From positions 10,803-74,802 of the forward strand of contig CAYHBG010000001.1 in NCBI GenBank assembly GCA_964354815.1: a stretch of 64,000 bases of DNA, written 5' to 3'. A program made the position numbers and the translations under genes. Below the pieces are notes generated by a model. The model did no database searches. It was not told the origin of the DNA and was given only the letters and a program-made list of their open reading frames with translations. Below, in pieces: positions 8,213 to 15,265 of this stretch. The first letter of the stretch is position 1. Each line of letters begins with the position of its first letter. Source of the DNA: an uncultured Thermotogae bacterium (GTDB taxonomy: Bacteria; Bipolaricaulota; Bipolaricaulia; UBA7950; UBA9294).

Positions 8213-8604
8213 CGGACGAGCTCCACTTCGAGGCGGAGACGAATGAACCGCTCGAGCCGCTCGACACGGGCGAGCCGGGGTTCCGTCTGGCTGGCCTGCG
8301 GGAGGTATCCGGCACGTTCTCCGGCCCCCTCCTGGACGGAGCCCTGCTTGCCATCAACCAGCCGCCGGGGCCCATCGAGCTCTACCTGTACGGGCCGGAC
8401 CCGGAGCTCCCGTGGTGGAAGCATTGGTTCTACCGGATCCGCGAGCGGGTCAGGGGCACGCCGTACCCGACCATCTGCCTCGCCCACGGGCCGGCGATCA
8501 TGGACTTCGAGGAGCCCGTCGAGGACGGTGACGACATCGTGTACGCCGGCACGTTCACCAAGGCCGGCGTCTGGAAGTTCAACGACAGGGAGGTCAACTC
8601 GTGA
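8209..8604 (+). CDS. hypothetical protein (131 aa)
   Basis: ATGA overlap with the upstream stop; acidic N-terminus. Confidence 0.5.
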   Translation: MTDELHFEAETNEPLEPLDTGEPGFRLAGLREVSGTFSGPLLDGALLAINQPPGPIELYLYGPDPELPWWKHWFYRIRERVRGTPYPTICLAHGPAIMDFEEPVEDGDDIVYAGTFTKAGVWKFNDREVNS

Positions 8605-8918
8605 GAACCATCACCATCACCATCCAGGTCCCCGACGGCGTCAACGTCAGCGTCAACCAGAGCGACGGACAGCGGGCCCAGCCGCAGCAGCAGGACCGTC
8701 CGTTCGTGGCCCGGCCGGCTCCGCCCCAGCCTGATGGCGTCTGCCCGGTCCACGACACCGACTGGAAGCTCGTCCCCGCCGGGGTCAGCAAGAAGGTCAC
8801 CAACGCCGACGGCAGCCCGAAGCGGTACAACGCCTTCTGGGCCTGCCCGGAGCGCGGCTGCAACGAGAAGCCGGAGTTCACGCGGTCGGAGGAGCCGAGC
8901 GAGGAGCTCCCGTTCTGA
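8601..8918 (+). CDS. hypothetical protein with C-P-V-H...C-P-E-R-G-C zinc-binding-like motif
   Basis: GTGA overlap start; Gln/Pro-rich linker then DGVCPVHD...FWACPERGCNEKP. Confidence 0.45.
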   Translation: MRTITITIQVPDGVNVSVNQSDGQRAQPQQQDRPFVARPAPPQPDGVCPVHDTDWKLVPAGVSKKVTNADGSPKRYNAFWACPERGCNEKPEFTRSEEPSEELPF

Positions 8919-9265
8919 TGCACACCCTCACCCTTGTGGGTGACCCGAACGACGGCACCCACGGCCTGTACATGAACGGCGTCCTCATCTGTGACAGCGG
9001 CGATGCCGACGCCACCCTCAACAGCCCCGACCTGGACTTCTGGCGCGATGCCCTCGACGCCGCCATCACCGCCCTGGGAGGAGAGCTGGACGAGCAGACC
9101 CGCTACCGCCCAGGCCGGAAGGCCGGCGCTCCGTTCGAGGAGGAGTGGGAGTCCTTCTGGCCCGAGAAGCTCGAGAACATGGGGCCCGTTGAGCCACCCA
9201 TCGGAGAGGAGCCCGTCTTCGAGCTCGACGACGAGGAGCCTGCCAACCCCGACTACATCTTCTGA
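8918..9265 (+). CDS. hypothetical acidic protein (115 aa)
   Basis: TGATG overlap start; strongly acidic C-terminus (EPVFELDDEEPANPDYIF). Confidence 0.45.
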   Translation: MHTLTLVGDPNDGTHGLYMNGVLICDSGDADATLNSPDLDFWRDALDAAITALGGELDEQTRYRPGRKAGAPFEEEWESFWPEKLENMGPVEPPIGEEPVFELDDEEPANPDYIF

Positions 9266-9741
9266 TGCGAGTCGCCATCGCGGGGAGCCGACGCCTGCCG
9301 AAGGGCCAGGCTCCCCGCCTCCTCATCCGTTTCCTCGCGGCGCTGCCGGACGACGCCGTGATCCTCATGCGCCGGCCGAAGGGCGACGGCTCCCTCGCCG
9401 GGTCCCTGCCGGGTCCCTTCGAGATGGACGCGCAGAACCTGTGCGGGATCCTCCACCTCGCGGCGGAGTGGTTCCAGCCGGAGCCGACGGACCATCACCC
9501 GGGGAGGGCCAGCGTCTACCTCCGCGACATCGAGATGATCGAGAAGGCGGATCTGGTGATCCTGTTCGTCCACCCCGACGAGGTGGACACGGGGTACAGC
9601 GGGACCATGCACCTCCTCGACAAGGCTCTCGACGCAGCCCGCCCCTGCTACGCCTACAGCGTGTCCCCGGACGGCAAGGTCGCGAGAGTGGGGGAGTACG
9701 ACCCGGACCACCTCTACGCCGAGATTGCACCTTCCGCTTGA
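9265..9741 (+). CDS. SLOG/DUF2493-like Rossmann-fold protein (DprA/LOG-like fold)
   Basis: MRVAIAGSRRL N-terminus, later DIEMIEKADLVILF, pattern typical of phage DUF2493/SLOG proteins; ends immediately before the promoter and RNA array. Confidence 0.45.
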   Translation: MRVAIAGSRRLPKGQAPRLLIRFLAALPDDAVILMRRPKGDGSLAGSLPGPFEMDAQNLCGILHLAAEWFQPEPTDHHPGRASVYLRDIEMIEKADLVILFVHPDEVDTGYSGTMHLLDKALDAARPCYAYSVSPDGKVARVGEYDPDHLYAEIAPSA

Positions 9742-9767
9742 CATGGCGATATTCGCCAGCGTATTGT
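9738..9767 (+). promoter_or_regulatory. near-consensus sigma-A-type promoter TTGACA-N18-TATTGT at the head of the non-coding RNA array
   Basis: ttgaca 9738-9743, 18-nt spacer, tattgt 9762-9767; only array unit with a full -35/-10 pair. Confidence 0.45.
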
Positions 9768-9822
9768 TCGTGGGCCGTCGCGGTGCGTATGGTGGGGTTA
9801 CTTCCCTTGTAAGGACGAGGTA

Positions 9823-9875
9823 GCGGGTTCGACTCCCGTCACGCCGGAAACGTCGTGTAGCTCATCGGCAGAGCG
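9823..9875 (+). ncRNA. tRNA-like module 1 (permuted: T-arm -> acceptor-type hairpin -> D-arm), candidate Y-RNA-like tRNA mimic
   Basis: gcggg-TTCGACT-cccgt T-arm (9823-9839), cacgccg/gaaa/cgtcgtg hairpin (6 of 7 bp), ta + gctc-atcggca-gagc D-arm (9858-9874); no anticodon arm in canonical position. Confidence 0.4.
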
Positions 9876-9974
9876 CGAAACATCCTCGCCAGACCTGTTC
9901 TCGTCGCGGCACTTGACAATCGAATAGTGGTGGCGGTGCGAAGGCCAGGGATACTTCGATGGGATCTGTGGGTC

Positions 9975-10031
9975 GCGGGTTCGAGTCCCGTCCCCCTGTA
10001 CATGCAGGGGGTAGCTCAGTCTGGTAGAGCA
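9975..10031 (+). ncRNA. tRNA-like module 2 (permuted T-arm -> perfect 7-bp acceptor-type hairpin -> canonical D-arm), candidate Y-RNA-like tRNA mimic
   Basis: gcggg-TTCGAGT-cccgt T-arm (9975-9991), ccccctg/tacatg/caggggg perfect hairpin (9992-10011), ta + GCTC-AGTCTGGTA-GAGC D-arm (10012-10030). Confidence 0.45.
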
Positions 10032-10561
10032 ATAGATGTGAAAGACCTTGACCGACCAGTCCTCGCCTCCACAACAACCGTGCTGACGGTGCGTAGCCTG
10101 GGGATACTTCTCTTGAAAGGAACCTCTGGCGACCTGTCCTCGTCAGCAACAACCGTGCTGACGGTGCGTAGGGTGGGGGTTACTTCCCCTTCTTGGAGAC
10201 AAGGTTCGACTCCTTCGGGTGACCTCGGTCACCTGTAGGCGGGGGTGGCCCCGCGTAGACACCCCTCCGCCCGCTTGATCTCGTCAGCAACAACCGTCTC
10301 GGCGGTGCGTAGACAGGGGTTACTTCGTTGGTTGACACTTCCCCCTTCAACAAGGGGAAGCGGGCGGCTCGACTCCGCCAAGCTGCCTCCGTCGCCTTGA
10401 TCTCGCCGGGACAACATCAACGCCAGCGGTGCGTAGGAGAGGGTTACTTCGGTGCCAGGGCTTCGGCCCACCGACGGTCTACCGGACCGTCAACCCCGCA
10501 AGGGGTCGTCTCCTTCTCCGACTTGACCTCGCTGGCAACAGCCTGAAAGGCAGACGCTTGA

Positions 10562-12160
10562 ATGGGCAAGCTCGCCACGCGGCCGAAGGCCGCACCGAAG
10601 GCCGCGATCCGCTCCACGAAGGGGCGGAAGCCGGACACCAAGACCTTCAACTCTGGTGCCGGGTTCAGCCGCGAGCCGAAGTCGGAGCTGTACCTCCTGG
10701 CCGTGACGAACATGGTCAGCGAGAAGACGTTCTACGAGTCCGCCGAGACTCGTGACCGCCGGTTCAACGACCTCATCCGCCAAGTGGCGCTCGAGGATCC
10801 CGACTGGCTGGCGCGGTTCGTGCCGTACCTCCGCGACACCATGAACATGCGGACGGCCTCCATCGTGATGGCGGCCGAGACGGTCCACGCGAAGCTGACC
10901 AAGCCGGTCCCCGCGTCCACGATCAAGAACCGGACGATCATCGACTCCGCCATCAAGCGGGCCGACGAGCCGGCGGAGATGCTGGGCTACTGGTTCAGCG
11001 AGTGGGGCAAGAACCTCCCGCAGCCGGTGAAGCGCGGCGTGGCCGACGCGGTCCAGCGCCTGTATGGCGAGCGCAGCCTCATCAAGTACGACGGCGGCGA
11101 CAAGGCCATCCGGTTCGCGGATGTGATCGACCTCGTCCACCCGGAGGCGAAGGCCCCCTGGCAGTCGGCCCTGTTCAAGTACGCCCTCGATGACCGCCAC
11201 AAGCGGGAGAACCCGCTGCCCGGCGACCTCGCCATGATCGGTCTCAACCGTCTGGCGATGGGCCTCGGTGACGTTGCGTTCCGGGAGGCGTTCGGACCCT
11301 CGTTCGTGGAGCACGCCGGCCTCACCTGGGAGCAGGCGAGCTCGAAGTACGGCAAGCTCGACGCCCGGTTCTGGGAGGCGATGATCCCCTCGATGGGCAT
11401 CTTCGCCATCGTGCGGAACCTCCGCAACTTCGACGACGCGAAGATCAGCAACGCCGCCCAGGACCTGGTGCGGGCCAAGCTGACCGATGCCGAGACCATC
11501 GCCAAGAGCCGGATGTTCCCGCTCCGCTTCTTCACCGCCTTCCTGGCGACGAAGACGCTGACCTACGCCCGCGAGCTCGAGACCGCCATCGACCTGTCGC
11601 TGGCGAACGTGCCCAGCCTCAAGGGCAAGACGCTGATCCTCGTGGACATCAGCCGGTCGATGGACTGGGCGCTGTCCGCGAAGAGCGACGTGGTCCGGCT
11701 GGCCCCGGCCAGCATCTTCGGCGCGGCGCTCGCGGTCCGGGCGGAGAAGCCGACCCTCGTCGCCTTCACCGACACGAGCGTGGAGATCCACGTCCGCAAG
11801 GGCCAGAGCATCCTGCTCGCGACCAAGGAGATCGCGAACGCCCTGCCCCATCAGGGCACCCAGACCTTCCAGGCGGTGAAGCGCCACTTCAACAGTCACG
11901 ACCGCGTGATCATCATCACCGACGAGCAGGCTGACCCCTCGACGGCCTGGGGCTTCGGGGTGCGGGACACGTCCGACGTGGACCCGTCCGCGATCCTGCC
12001 CGAGACGGTGCCGCTGTTCACCTTCAACGTCGCGGGCTATGCCGCCGGCCACGCGCCGTCGGGGAAGCGCAACCGCTACGCCTTCGGCGGGCTGAACGAC
12101 TCCGCCTTCACCGCCATCGAGCTCCTCGAGAAGGGGCGCGACCAGACCTGGCCCTTCTGA
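10562..12160 (+). CDS. rsr: Ro60-related protein (Rsr): TROVE domain plus C-terminal von Willebrand A domain
   Basis: 532 aa; alpha-helical N-terminal region (FYESAETRDRRFNDLIRQVALEDPDWLARFVPYLRDTMNMRTASIV) typical of TROVE; vWA MIDAS motif LILVDISRSMDW about aa 357; Ro60 orthologs are typically adjacent to Y RNA genes. Confidence 0.7.
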   Translation: MGKLATRPKAAPKAAIRSTKGRKPDTKTFNSGAGFSREPKSELYLLAVTNMVSEKTFYESAETRDRRFNDLIRQVALEDPDWLARFVPYLRDTMNMRTASIVMAAETVHAKLTKPVPASTIKNRTIIDSAIKRADEPAEMLGYWFSEWGKNLPQPVKRGVADAVQRLYGERSLIKYDGGDKAIRFADVIDLVHPEAKAPWQSALFKYALDDRHKRENPLPGDLAMIGLNRLAMGLGDVAFREAFGPSFVEHAGLTWEQASSKYGKLDARFWEAMIPSMGIFAIVRNLRNFDDAKISNAAQDLVRAKLTDAETIAKSRMFPLRFFTAFLATKTLTYARELETAIDLSLANVPSLKGKTLILVDISRSMDWALSAKSDVVRLAPASIFGAALAVRAEKPTLVAFTDTSVEIHVRKGQSILLATKEIANALPHQGTQTFQAVKRHFNSHDRVIIITDEQADPSTAWGFGVRDTSDVDPSAILPETVPLFTFNVAGYAAGHAPSGKRNRYAFGGLNDSAFTAIELLEKGRDQTWPF

Positions 12161-12161
12161 G

Positions 12162-12686
12162 ATGGACGAAACAGCCGAGCGCCCTGATGGGTCATGGACC
12201 CTGAAGGACGCTCGGGCCTGGCTCCGCGAGCAGAGGGTTGATGGCGTCCGCTGTCCCTGCTGCACCCAGTTCGCCAAGATCTACAAGCGTCCCATCAACA
12301 GCCAGCAGACCCGTGCCCTGATCCTCCTCTACCGCCTGCGGGGTCGAGAATGGGCACACATCACCCGCGTGGACAAGAGCCTTGAGGGCAACGGGGGCGA
12401 CATCAGCAAGCTCCGCTACTGGGGCCTGGTCGAAGAGGCCGACGAAACGAGGCCAGACGGTGGCCGGGCAGGATGGTGGCGGATCACAGCCAGGGGCGAA
12501 CAATGGCTCCACGGGCAGCTCCTGGTCCCCAAGTTCGCCTACATCTTCGACACCCGTCTTCTCGAGCTCGATGGCCCGCCAACATCTGTTCGTACCGCTC
12601 TCGGGACGAAGTTCAACTACGAGGAGCTGATGGGTCCCGCCCTATCCAACCGAGACACCTTCTGGGACCTGGATCCCATCGAGTAG
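12162..12686 (+). CDS. hypothetical protein with CPCC motif (174 aa)
   Basis: ATG 2 nt after the rsr stop; VRCPCCTQFAKIYKRP; ends TAG 12684-12686. Confidence 0.5.
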   Translation: MDETAERPDGSWTLKDARAWLREQRVDGVRCPCCTQFAKIYKRPINSQQTRALILLYRLRGREWAHITRVDKSLEGNGGDISKLRYWGLVEEADETRPDGGRAGWWRITARGEQWLHGQLLVPKFAYIFDTRLLELDGPPTSVRTALGTKFNYEELMGPALSNRDTFWDLDPIE

Positions 12687-12696
12687 ACTCCGGGGC

Positions 12697-13137
12697 GTGA
12701 AGGTCCCCTACTCCGACAACACGATGCGCCAGACAGCCCATTGGGCGGAGTGGTTCGCGACGGACTGGAAGAGCGAGTACCCCACCCGCATCCACTCGAC
12801 CGACATCGCGGGAGACGGGTCCCCAGAGTGGCACCCGGACTTCGCGAAGTGGCTGACCAGATCAGGCGGTCAAGGCAGGCGCAACGGAGAACAACGCCTG
12901 CGGACCACCAGGGTCATGCGTCGTCTCAGGCGCGTGGCCGTTCGTGAATACGAGGTCCTCTACAGGATCCTCGTGCTAGGCGAGCGACTCGAGGAGACGA
13001 CGCGATGGCTCAACGAGCGAGCGAGGCGGAACGCGATCCCCTTCCCACCCCACCGCCCGACCGGCCCCCACTACATGGACCGCGACACCCTGGCGATCTT
13101 CATCGCCGGCATCGACTTCGCGAGGGAGTACTGGTAG
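12697..13137 (+). CDS. hypothetical protein (146 aa)
   Basis: GTG start; W-rich protein; no motif recognised. Confidence 0.45.
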   Translation: MKVPYSDNTMRQTAHWAEWFATDWKSEYPTRIHSTDIAGDGSPEWHPDFAKWLTRSGGQGRRNGEQRLRTTRVMRRLRRVAVREYEVLYRILVLGERLEETTRWLNERARRNAIPFPPHRPTGPHYMDRDTLAIFIAGIDFAREYW

Positions 13138-13160
13138 GCCTCGCAGGCCTCGTCTCCCTG

Positions 13161-13718
13161 ATGGTCATGTCCACCGGCACCGTCGGCCGGGAACCATCAC
13201 AGCAGACCATCATCCCCCAGGATCAGCTCAGGGCCGTGGCCCCGGCTCCTCGTCCGAGTCCCACACCCACCGTGGCACCGACTCCATCTGCTCCTGCCGC
13301 TCCCGCCACAGCCTCTCCGTCTCCTCGTCCGACCGCTTCGCCACGACCAGCATCGCCCACACCACGACCACCCAAGCCCCGGCCATCGCCGCGAGCAACC
13401 CAACGACCAGCGCCCAGACCCGCTCCACTTCAGACCTCCAGCTCCGTCAAGGGGACGGCCACATGGTATTGCCTGCCGGGCCAGTCACGATGCACCAGGG
13501 GGCACGCAGGCGGCCTGTACGCCGCGATCAGCCCCGACCTGGACTTCCTGACCGGGAAGCGCATCAGGGTCTGCCACGGGTCTTCCTGCGTCGTCGTCAG
13601 GGTCATAGACTGCAACTGCAAGGCTACGCGGTCGGTGGACTTGTACGCGGACGCCTTCCGGCGCATCGCGCCCCTCTCGGCCGGACGGATCAAGGTGACG
13701 ATCTCGTGGGGATCCTGA
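13161..13718 (+). CDS. RlpA-like double-psi beta-barrel (DPBB) domain protein with Pro/Ala/Thr-rich linker
   Basis: ~80-aa PAPT-rich low-complexity region, then GTATWYCLPG...TRGHAGGLYAAISPDLDF...RIRVCHGSSCVVVRVIDCNC...VDLYADAFRRIA matching the RlpA/expansin-like DPBB pattern. Confidence 0.5.
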   Translation: MVMSTGTVGREPSQQTIIPQDQLRAVAPAPRPSPTPTVAPTPSAPAAPATASPSPRPTASPRPASPTPRPPKPRPSPRATQRPAPRPAPLQTSSSVKGTATWYCLPGQSRCTRGHAGGLYAAISPDLDFLTGKRIRVCHGSSCVVVRVIDCNCKATRSVDLYADAFRRIAPLSAGRIKVTISWGS

Positions 13719-14050
13719 GCTGGCTGTTCTCTGAGCCGCCGAGGCCGACGCTGCGGCCCAACCACGACGACAACCCCCTGAAGCGGTTCATGGCGGACCC
13801 GGCAGCCGACATCGAGGGGATCCCCCTCGACTACTTCTGGAAGAAGGTCGAGGAGGTCCTCCCGGACGACTGGGGCTTCATGCTGGCCGGAGCTCTCGAC
13901 GAGCGCGGGAAGATGTTCTACCTGGCGGAGGCAGCCCTTGGTGGGGAGATGGAGGAGGGCCAGGAGCGTCCGTCGATCTCGTCGGAGCAACGGGAGATGC
14001 CGGAGCGGGCCATCGAGGACCTGTTCTACCGTCTCCGCGACATGCTCTGA
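13706..14050 (+). CDS. hypothetical acidic protein (start ambiguous: GTG 13706 or ATG ~13790)
   Basis: Last plus-strand gene before the convergent junction; KRFMADPAADIEGIPLDYFWKKVEEVLPDDWGFMLAG... Confidence 0.35.
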   Translation: MGILSWLFSEPPRPTLRPNHDDNPLKRFMADPAADIEGIPLDYFWKKVEEVLPDDWGFMLAGALDERGKMFYLAEAALGGEMEEGQERPSISSEQREMPERAIEDLFYRLRDML

Positions 14051-14207
14051 GAACCGAAAAGACCGCCTCCTCGGGAGTGGGACCCTTGCGGGCCTGCCTC
14101 CTGCGGTGACGGTCCTTCGTGCCGCGCCCCTTGCGGGGCTGTCGTCATCACTCCTTGCGGAGATCCCCCGGCGGCCTGCGTAAGGTAGGGGATGTCGGGG
14201 CCGGCTG
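14051..14207. terminator. convergent-arm junction with GC hairpins and three copies of CCTTGCGG (probable bidirectional terminator zone)
   Basis: gggacCCTTGCGGgcc, gcgcCCCTTGCGGggc (5-bp stem gcccc/ggggc), cactCCTTGCGGaga; plus-strand genes end 14050, minus-strand genes end 14208. Confidence 0.3.
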
Positions 14208-14654
14208 TCAACCGAAGATCTGCAGCCAGTTGGCGGAGATGCCCATCACGGTGAGGATGCCCAGGAGGATGATGATGATGTCCTTGCGGCTTCCCCACAC
14301 CCATTGGATCGCGGCCCTGACGGGCTGGACGCGGGCGTCGAACTTGACCTCCTCCTGGTCCTCGATCCGCCAGCGGCGTTCGGCCTCGGCGATGTGGGTC
14401 TCCCAGCGGTCGCAGAGATCCTGTCGTTCCTTGGCATGTTCAAGCTCGTGCTTCGCCCAGCGTTCCTTCGCGGCGGCGCTGTTGGTAGCGAGGTCTTCCC
14501 CGATCTGACCCGTGGCATGGCGCATCCCCTCGATGATCCGAACCTCCGTCTGGTGGAGGAGGCTCGTGAACAGGGTGAGGAGATGGATCAGATCGCCGTT
14601 GGTCGGGATCTCGGGGGGGAGATCTTCTCCACCCGAAAGGTCCGGCATGTCCAC
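14208..14654 (-). CDS. hypothetical tail-anchored membrane protein (coiled-coil N-region, C-terminal TM)
   Basis: GTG start 14654; C-terminus KDIIIILLGILTVMGISANWLQIFG hydrophobic helix; charged helical N-region. Confidence 0.5.
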   Translation of the reverse strand: MDMPDLSGGEDLPPEIPTNGDLIHLLTLFTSLLHQTEVRIIEGMRHATGQIGEDLATNSAAAKERWAKHELEHAKERQDLCDRWETHIAEAERRWRIEDQEEVKFDARVQPVRAAIQWVWGSRKDIIIILLGILTVMGISANWLQIFG

Positions 14655-14655
14655 A

Positions 14656-14832
14656 TCACTTCTTCTTCTTAGGCCGAGTGGAGACCAGCTCTGAGCCGCA
14701 GTTGGGACAGGACCTCATCTTGAGGCCAGGAAGCTTGAGCCAGCGGAAGTCGCACCCGGGCTTCGGGCACTTCATCGGCAACCCGTAGTCCTCGGCCTTG
14801 ATCACGGGGCGGGCAGACCCGCCCGTGGTCAC
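14656..14832 (-). CDS. small zinc-ribbon protein with poly-Lys tail (38-58 aa)
   Basis: Reverse-strand translation ...MKCPKPGCDFRWLKLPGLKMRSCPNCGSELVSTRPKKKK; stop 1 nt before the GTG of the downstream gene; below the ORF-track cutoff. Confidence 0.4.
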   Translation of the reverse strand: MTTGGSARPVIKAEDYGLPMKCPKPGCDFRWLKLPGLKMRSCPNCGSELVSTRPKKKK

Positions 14833-14877
14833 GGGCTGAAGGTGAGGCGCACCCCGTCGGCGCTGTGGATGATCATC

Positions 14878-15231
14878 TCAGACCTGGGGGCCACGGAGAC
14901 CGTTGGCCTCCTTGCTGATGTCGGCGTAGTTCGCCATCGACAGGCGAGCGATCCCGTACCACGCGAGGAACGCGGCGAAGCCCGTGGCGATGTTGAGGGT
15001 GAGGGTCCCGTCGCTCATGCCGGCCGCGACCGCCACCACCACCAGGACGGCAGACAGGACGAAGGCGACGATCCGCTCCTTCCCGTCGATGACGGAGCCG
15101 AGCTGCTTGATGAGCTGGACCAGGCCGGTGATCAGGGCGGAAGCGGCGACGGCTCCGCCGGCCGTGAGAACGAGCGCCAGCGTCAGGGTGGTCTCGTCGG
15201 AGGGCATCGAGGGTACCTCTAGCAGAAGCAC
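14878..15231 (-). CDS. holin-like membrane protein (three predicted TM helices)
   Basis: LTLALVLTAGGAVAASALITGLV / IVAFVLSAVLVVVAVAAGM / LNIATGFAAFLAWYGIA hydrophobic segments in 117 aa; located at the distal end of the tail gene block. Confidence 0.45.
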   Translation of the reverse strand: MLLLEVPSMPSDETTLTLALVLTAGGAVAASALITGLVQLIKQLGSVIDGKERIVAFVLSAVLVVVAVAAGMSDGTLTLNIATGFAAFLAWYGIARLSMANYADISKEANGLRGPQV

Positions 15232-15265
15232 CCCTCCCGGCTGCCTGACGGCATCATACGACGCC

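Larger units (their letters stand above)
9737..10560 (+). repeat. array of 6-7 degenerate tandem units (85-175 bp) each carrying the conserved core CGGTGCGTAgnnnGGGGTTACTTC; highly structured non-coding region
   Basis: Core copies at about 9781, 9934, 10088, 10161, 10302, 10418; cTTGAC(c)tcg motif at 9737, 9912, 10047, 10274, 10387, 10522; stable hairpins incl. UUCG and GCAA tetraloops (10458-10469, 10491-10504), ggtgacc/ggtcacc (10222-10238), gcgggg/ccccgc; no ORF >60 aa consistent with the repeats. Confidence 0.6.

Noticed and set aside
9750-10520. Canonical tRNA gene cluster
   Set aside because: T-arm and D-arm-like elements are present, but no unit has an anticodon stem-loop at tRNA spacing. 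The arms occur in permuted order with the acceptor strands joined by a short loop, so I call them tRNA-like/Y-RNA-like rather than tRNAs.
9737-10560. CRISPR array
   Set aside because: Repeat units are 85-175 bp with only a 24-nt conserved core, spacing is irregular, units contain structured tRNA-like elements, and no cas genes are present.
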